NCBI GenBank assembly: GCA_014729335.1
Contig: WJKC01000005.1
Span: 1-35,933, forward strand
From: an archaeon
Lineage (GTDB): Archaea; Nanobdellota; Nanobdellia; WJKC01
Direction: 5' to 3'
Length of the DNA stretch: 35,933 nt
A model generated the notes under the pieces. It was not told the origin of the DNA. It searched no databases and saw only the letters and a program-made list of their open reading frames with translations. Shown piece by piece: positions 33,479-35,933 of the stretch. Position numbers and translations under genes: made by a program. Position 1 is the first letter of the stretch. Every line of letters starts with the position of its first letter.

Positions 33479-35353
33479 GTAAGATATTGCTAACAATGAT
33501 GCGAGAGTAACTAACCATCCTAAGATAAAATAAGAAGTATCAAAGTACAAATCAAACTCCTCTAACCCGTCCAAGCCGCTGACCATTATAAACCAGTCAT
33601 CCTGGCTAACATGTAATTCCTGACCATTACTAAAAGCCCTCCACCAAGGGTGATAATTAAGCCTCAAGGTCACGTTATTAACAGACTCTCTCAGGATAAC
33701 CTTCAGGCTAACAGGGTTAATAATTCTTAAGAAGTAAGGGACTGGTTCAACCCTTGACGAGACAGCCTTGAAGTCAATGTCAATACCGCGGTATTTAAAG
33801 GTCATGGAGTCACTGGCTTCCTTACTTAAGTAAACCCATTTACTAACCCCTGACCGGTTAAGAAATTCAAAGAATAATTCTTCACCCTCAAAAGTAGGCA
33901 CCTCTCTTAACAGGGTGGTATGGCCAATATTATTAACAGTCTTAGCACCAGTTAAGTAGACAAGGCTGTTCTTAAACACTAACCGTTCATCAAACATTAC
34001 AACATCAGAGGACTTGATAAAGGAAACATCATTAAATTGAACACACCAAGTGCGCGGGTAATTCAAGGAGTTAGGGATAAACAAGGTTAAAGGGATGATG
34101 CTGATAACAACCGCGATAAAAACAAGCAGGTAATCCTTAGTGAACTTATTAAAAAATAACCTTTTCTTTGAGAAAAAGTAGATGAAAAAACCGGCAAGCA
34201 CTAATACTGAAAAAACCGGCAGGAACGCCTCATTAGGAAGAAAGTTAAGGATAAATATTAATAATGGCACTTCAAACCCATACTTAACCCTTGCAAAAAC
34301 AAAAGCTGAGAAAAGAAACAATGACATCTGAAAAAAGAAAGTAACCCTGTCAAAAGGAACGTTAACATCCAACAAGCTTATGGTTGAACATAGAAAGGTA
34401 ACAATCACTAAAGAAATAATTAATGACAAGAACAACCACTTGCCCTTAAAAGACTTGCTTTTACGAGCATAAAATAACGCAATAATAAACGTAGTTAAGA
34501 AGTAAGGCCCATAATAATAATCACTAGCAGCTGTTAAGTCAATACTTTGAATCTCAGGAATCATTAATGAGAATAAAAAAGTGTTAAGCATTTTCTCAGA
34601 ATTAAAAACAAGTGCTGAACCACTCCCGGGCAGCAATATTGACTGGAAAAATAAAGGCACGTAATAAAAAGAAGTAATTAAAGCACTAAGCAAGAAAAAC
34701 AGCCAGAGCCTAGACTTCTTTTTAATAAACAAGTAAAAAGTTACAAAAACAAAAAGTATTATTAACATGAAAAAATGAGTTGCCATTGTCAACGCAGAGA
34801 AAATAATAAACAATGAAAGATTAAGCTTATCAATCTTCTTATCAAAAACGCACTTCTGAAGATAGATTATTGTCAGGAAAAACAATGGTACGGCTGCAAT
34901 AGTATGATAACTGCCATGGACAGTGAATTGCTGGTTCATAAAACCGGATGCAATAAATAAACAACTAAAAAGGAACGAGCCGATAAGGCTGCCTTTATTA
35001 CGCCTTAGAATAATAAACAAGAAGAAGCCTGCCAAAGCGTATAATAGATTATACATTGTGAAAAAAGCAGTCCTCGCGTCAAGAAATAAACGTAGGACCA
35101 GTGGTAAAAGAAAAGGCACAGGCGAGTAAGAGAACTGGTAATAACCAAGTGAGAAATAATTAAAAGTAACCGGAAATATAGTACCGTGATTAATCAATTG
35201 TTCCTGAAATCCCAGTGAGTTAATGAAGTGGTTCTCCAAGTCACCATGAGTTGTCAAGGTGCAGTCAGGCTGGAACCATTTATGAGTGATAAAAAAACTG
35301 AAAATCAGGAGAGAAACAAGCACCAGAACAAGAGTTAATTTTGAATCTTTCAT
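33461..35353 (-). CDS. Polytopic GT-C-like membrane protein (PTPS-related/YfhO-like)
   Basis: Many TM helices; HGD...H after TM1, GY..F.YSP, TH motif, C-terminal NYHPWWRAF.NG..L domain and final TM. Confidence 0.7.
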   Translation of the reverse strand: MKDSKLTLVLVLVSLLIFSFFITHKWFQPDCTLTTHGDLENHFINSLGFQEQLINHGTIFPVTFNYFSLGYYQFSYSPVPFLLPLVLRLFLDARTAFFTMYNLLYALAGFFLFIILRRNKGSLIGSFLFSCLFIASGFMNQQFTVHGSYHTIAAVPLFFLTIIYLQKCVFDKKIDKLNLSLFIIFSALTMATHFFMLIILFVFVTFYLFIKKKSRLWLFFLLSALITSFYYVPLFFQSILLPGSGSALVFNSEKMLNTFLFSLMIPEIQSIDLTAASDYYYGPYFLTTFIIALFYARKSKSFKGKWLFLSLIISLVIVTFLCSTISLLDVNVPFDRVTFFFQMSLFLFSAFVFARVKYGFEVPLLIFILNFLPNEAFLPVFSVLVLAGFFIYFFSKKRLFFNKFTKDYLLVFIAVVISIIPLTLFIPNSLNYPRTWCVQFNDVSFIKSSDVVMFDERLVFKNSLVYLTGAKTVNNIGHTTLLREVPTFEGEELFFEFLNRSGVSKWVYLSKEASDSMTFKYRGIDIDFKAVSSRVEPVPYFLRIINPVSLKVILRESVNNVTLRLNYHPWWRAFSNGQELHVSQDDWFIMVSGLDGLEEFDLYFDTSYFILGWLVTLASLLAISYLVWKQ

Positions 35354-35407
35354 TAAAAGAAGATAAAATACTTATTCTTAAATAATTAATTAGTATTGAA
35401 TTAGACC

Positions 35408-35933
35408 ATGAAACACGTCATTTTAGACACAGACATTGGAGGAGACCCAGACGACGTATTCACCTTGTTATTTGCATTAGGAAGAAAAGACATAAAGATT
35501 GATTTAATAATCACAAATGATGAACACCAACACCACCGATTCCTTTTTGCTAAAAAACTTCTAAAACTGCTAGAAGAGGATATCCCGGTTGTGTCAGGAA
35601 TTGACTTGGGAAATGACTTAGTCTGCGTTGTCTGCAACCTAGTTAAAAAAAGAGGGGAAGTAAAGACTGATTTTGTACAGGAAATAAAAAGTGTTGTTGA
35701 AAAAAATAACAAAACTTACTACGTATGCGTTGGCGCGCAGTCAAACCTGTCAGAATTCCTTAACAAACACCCTGAACTATCAGATAAAATAACTGTTGTG
35801 ATAATGGGAGGCAGCTTCTCAATCATAAAATTCCCAGAACACAACATAAGACTAGATGCCAAAGCCGCCCAGAAAGTGCTGAAACACAATGTTAAGAAAA
35901 AATACGTGCCATTAAACCAAACTCTTAATCATA
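35408..35933 (+). CDS. Inosine-uridine preferring nucleoside hydrolase family protein (3' truncated by window edge)
   Basis: MKHVILDTDIGGDPDD...VPVVSG-like...VGAQSNL...IMGGS...EHNIRLDAKAAQKV; absent from ORF track because no stop lies in the window. Confidence 0.88.
   Translation, partial: MKHVILDTDIGGDPDDVFTLLFALGRKDIKIDLIITNDEHQHHRFLFAKKLLKLLEEDIPVVSGIDLGNDLVCVVCNLVKKRGEVKTDFVQEIKSVVEKNNKTYYVCVGAQSNLSEFLNKHPELSDKITVVIMGGSFSIIKFPEHNIRLDAKAAQKVLKHNVKKKYVPLNQTLNH

Noticed and set aside
688..35129. Numerous short antisense or alternate-frame ORFs (e.g. 688-891, 1371-1708, 12004-12393, 14062-14651, 20757-21575, 27053-27460)
   Set aside because: They overlap well-supported genes and have no motifs. 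The repeated peptide in 14062-14651 merely reflects the 40-bp DNA duplication.
35401..35712. Minus-strand 103-aa ORF from the track
   Set aside because: Shadow of the + strand nucleoside hydrolase starting at 35408, which has clear DTDIG.DPDD motifs.

Overview
Archaeal chromosomal window, gene-dense with short intergenic spaces. It is probably a DPANN/Nanoarchaeota-like lineage (inferred from an intron-containing tRNA-Ile(UAU), compaction and gene content). Left: a type IV pilus-like locus with a secretion ATPase, two TadC/ArlJ-like platform proteins and at least four class III signal-peptide proteins, one of 941 aa. Middle: an informational cluster (rfcL, rfcS, tbp, mcm, RPA2-like, aIF-2beta, DUF424, aIF-1A, rio1, Dim2/Pno1, top6B, top6A) followed by tRNA-Asn. 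Right: an accessory membrane/surface-modification region (MscL, Ig-like surface protein, cupin, 7TM protein, nucleotidyltransferase, GT4, three SAM methyltransferases, UbiA-family, hexapeptide acyltransferase, PHP, GT-C, nucleoside hydrolase). This region is interleaved with tRNA-Ile(UAU, BHB intron), tRNA-Glu(UUC), tRNA-Leu(AAG) and an uncalled eL41-like ORF. Most striking observation: three of the four tRNAs are followed by hairpins with one shared architecture, namely anti-copy, T, unrelated inner palindrome, TT-R, then a copy of tRNA positions ~62-73. These resemble cognate acceptor/T-stem minihelices. A related palindrome-plus-40-bp duplication sits at the mcm 3' end. The tRNA-Leu has an A34 anticodon, which is very unusual in archaea.
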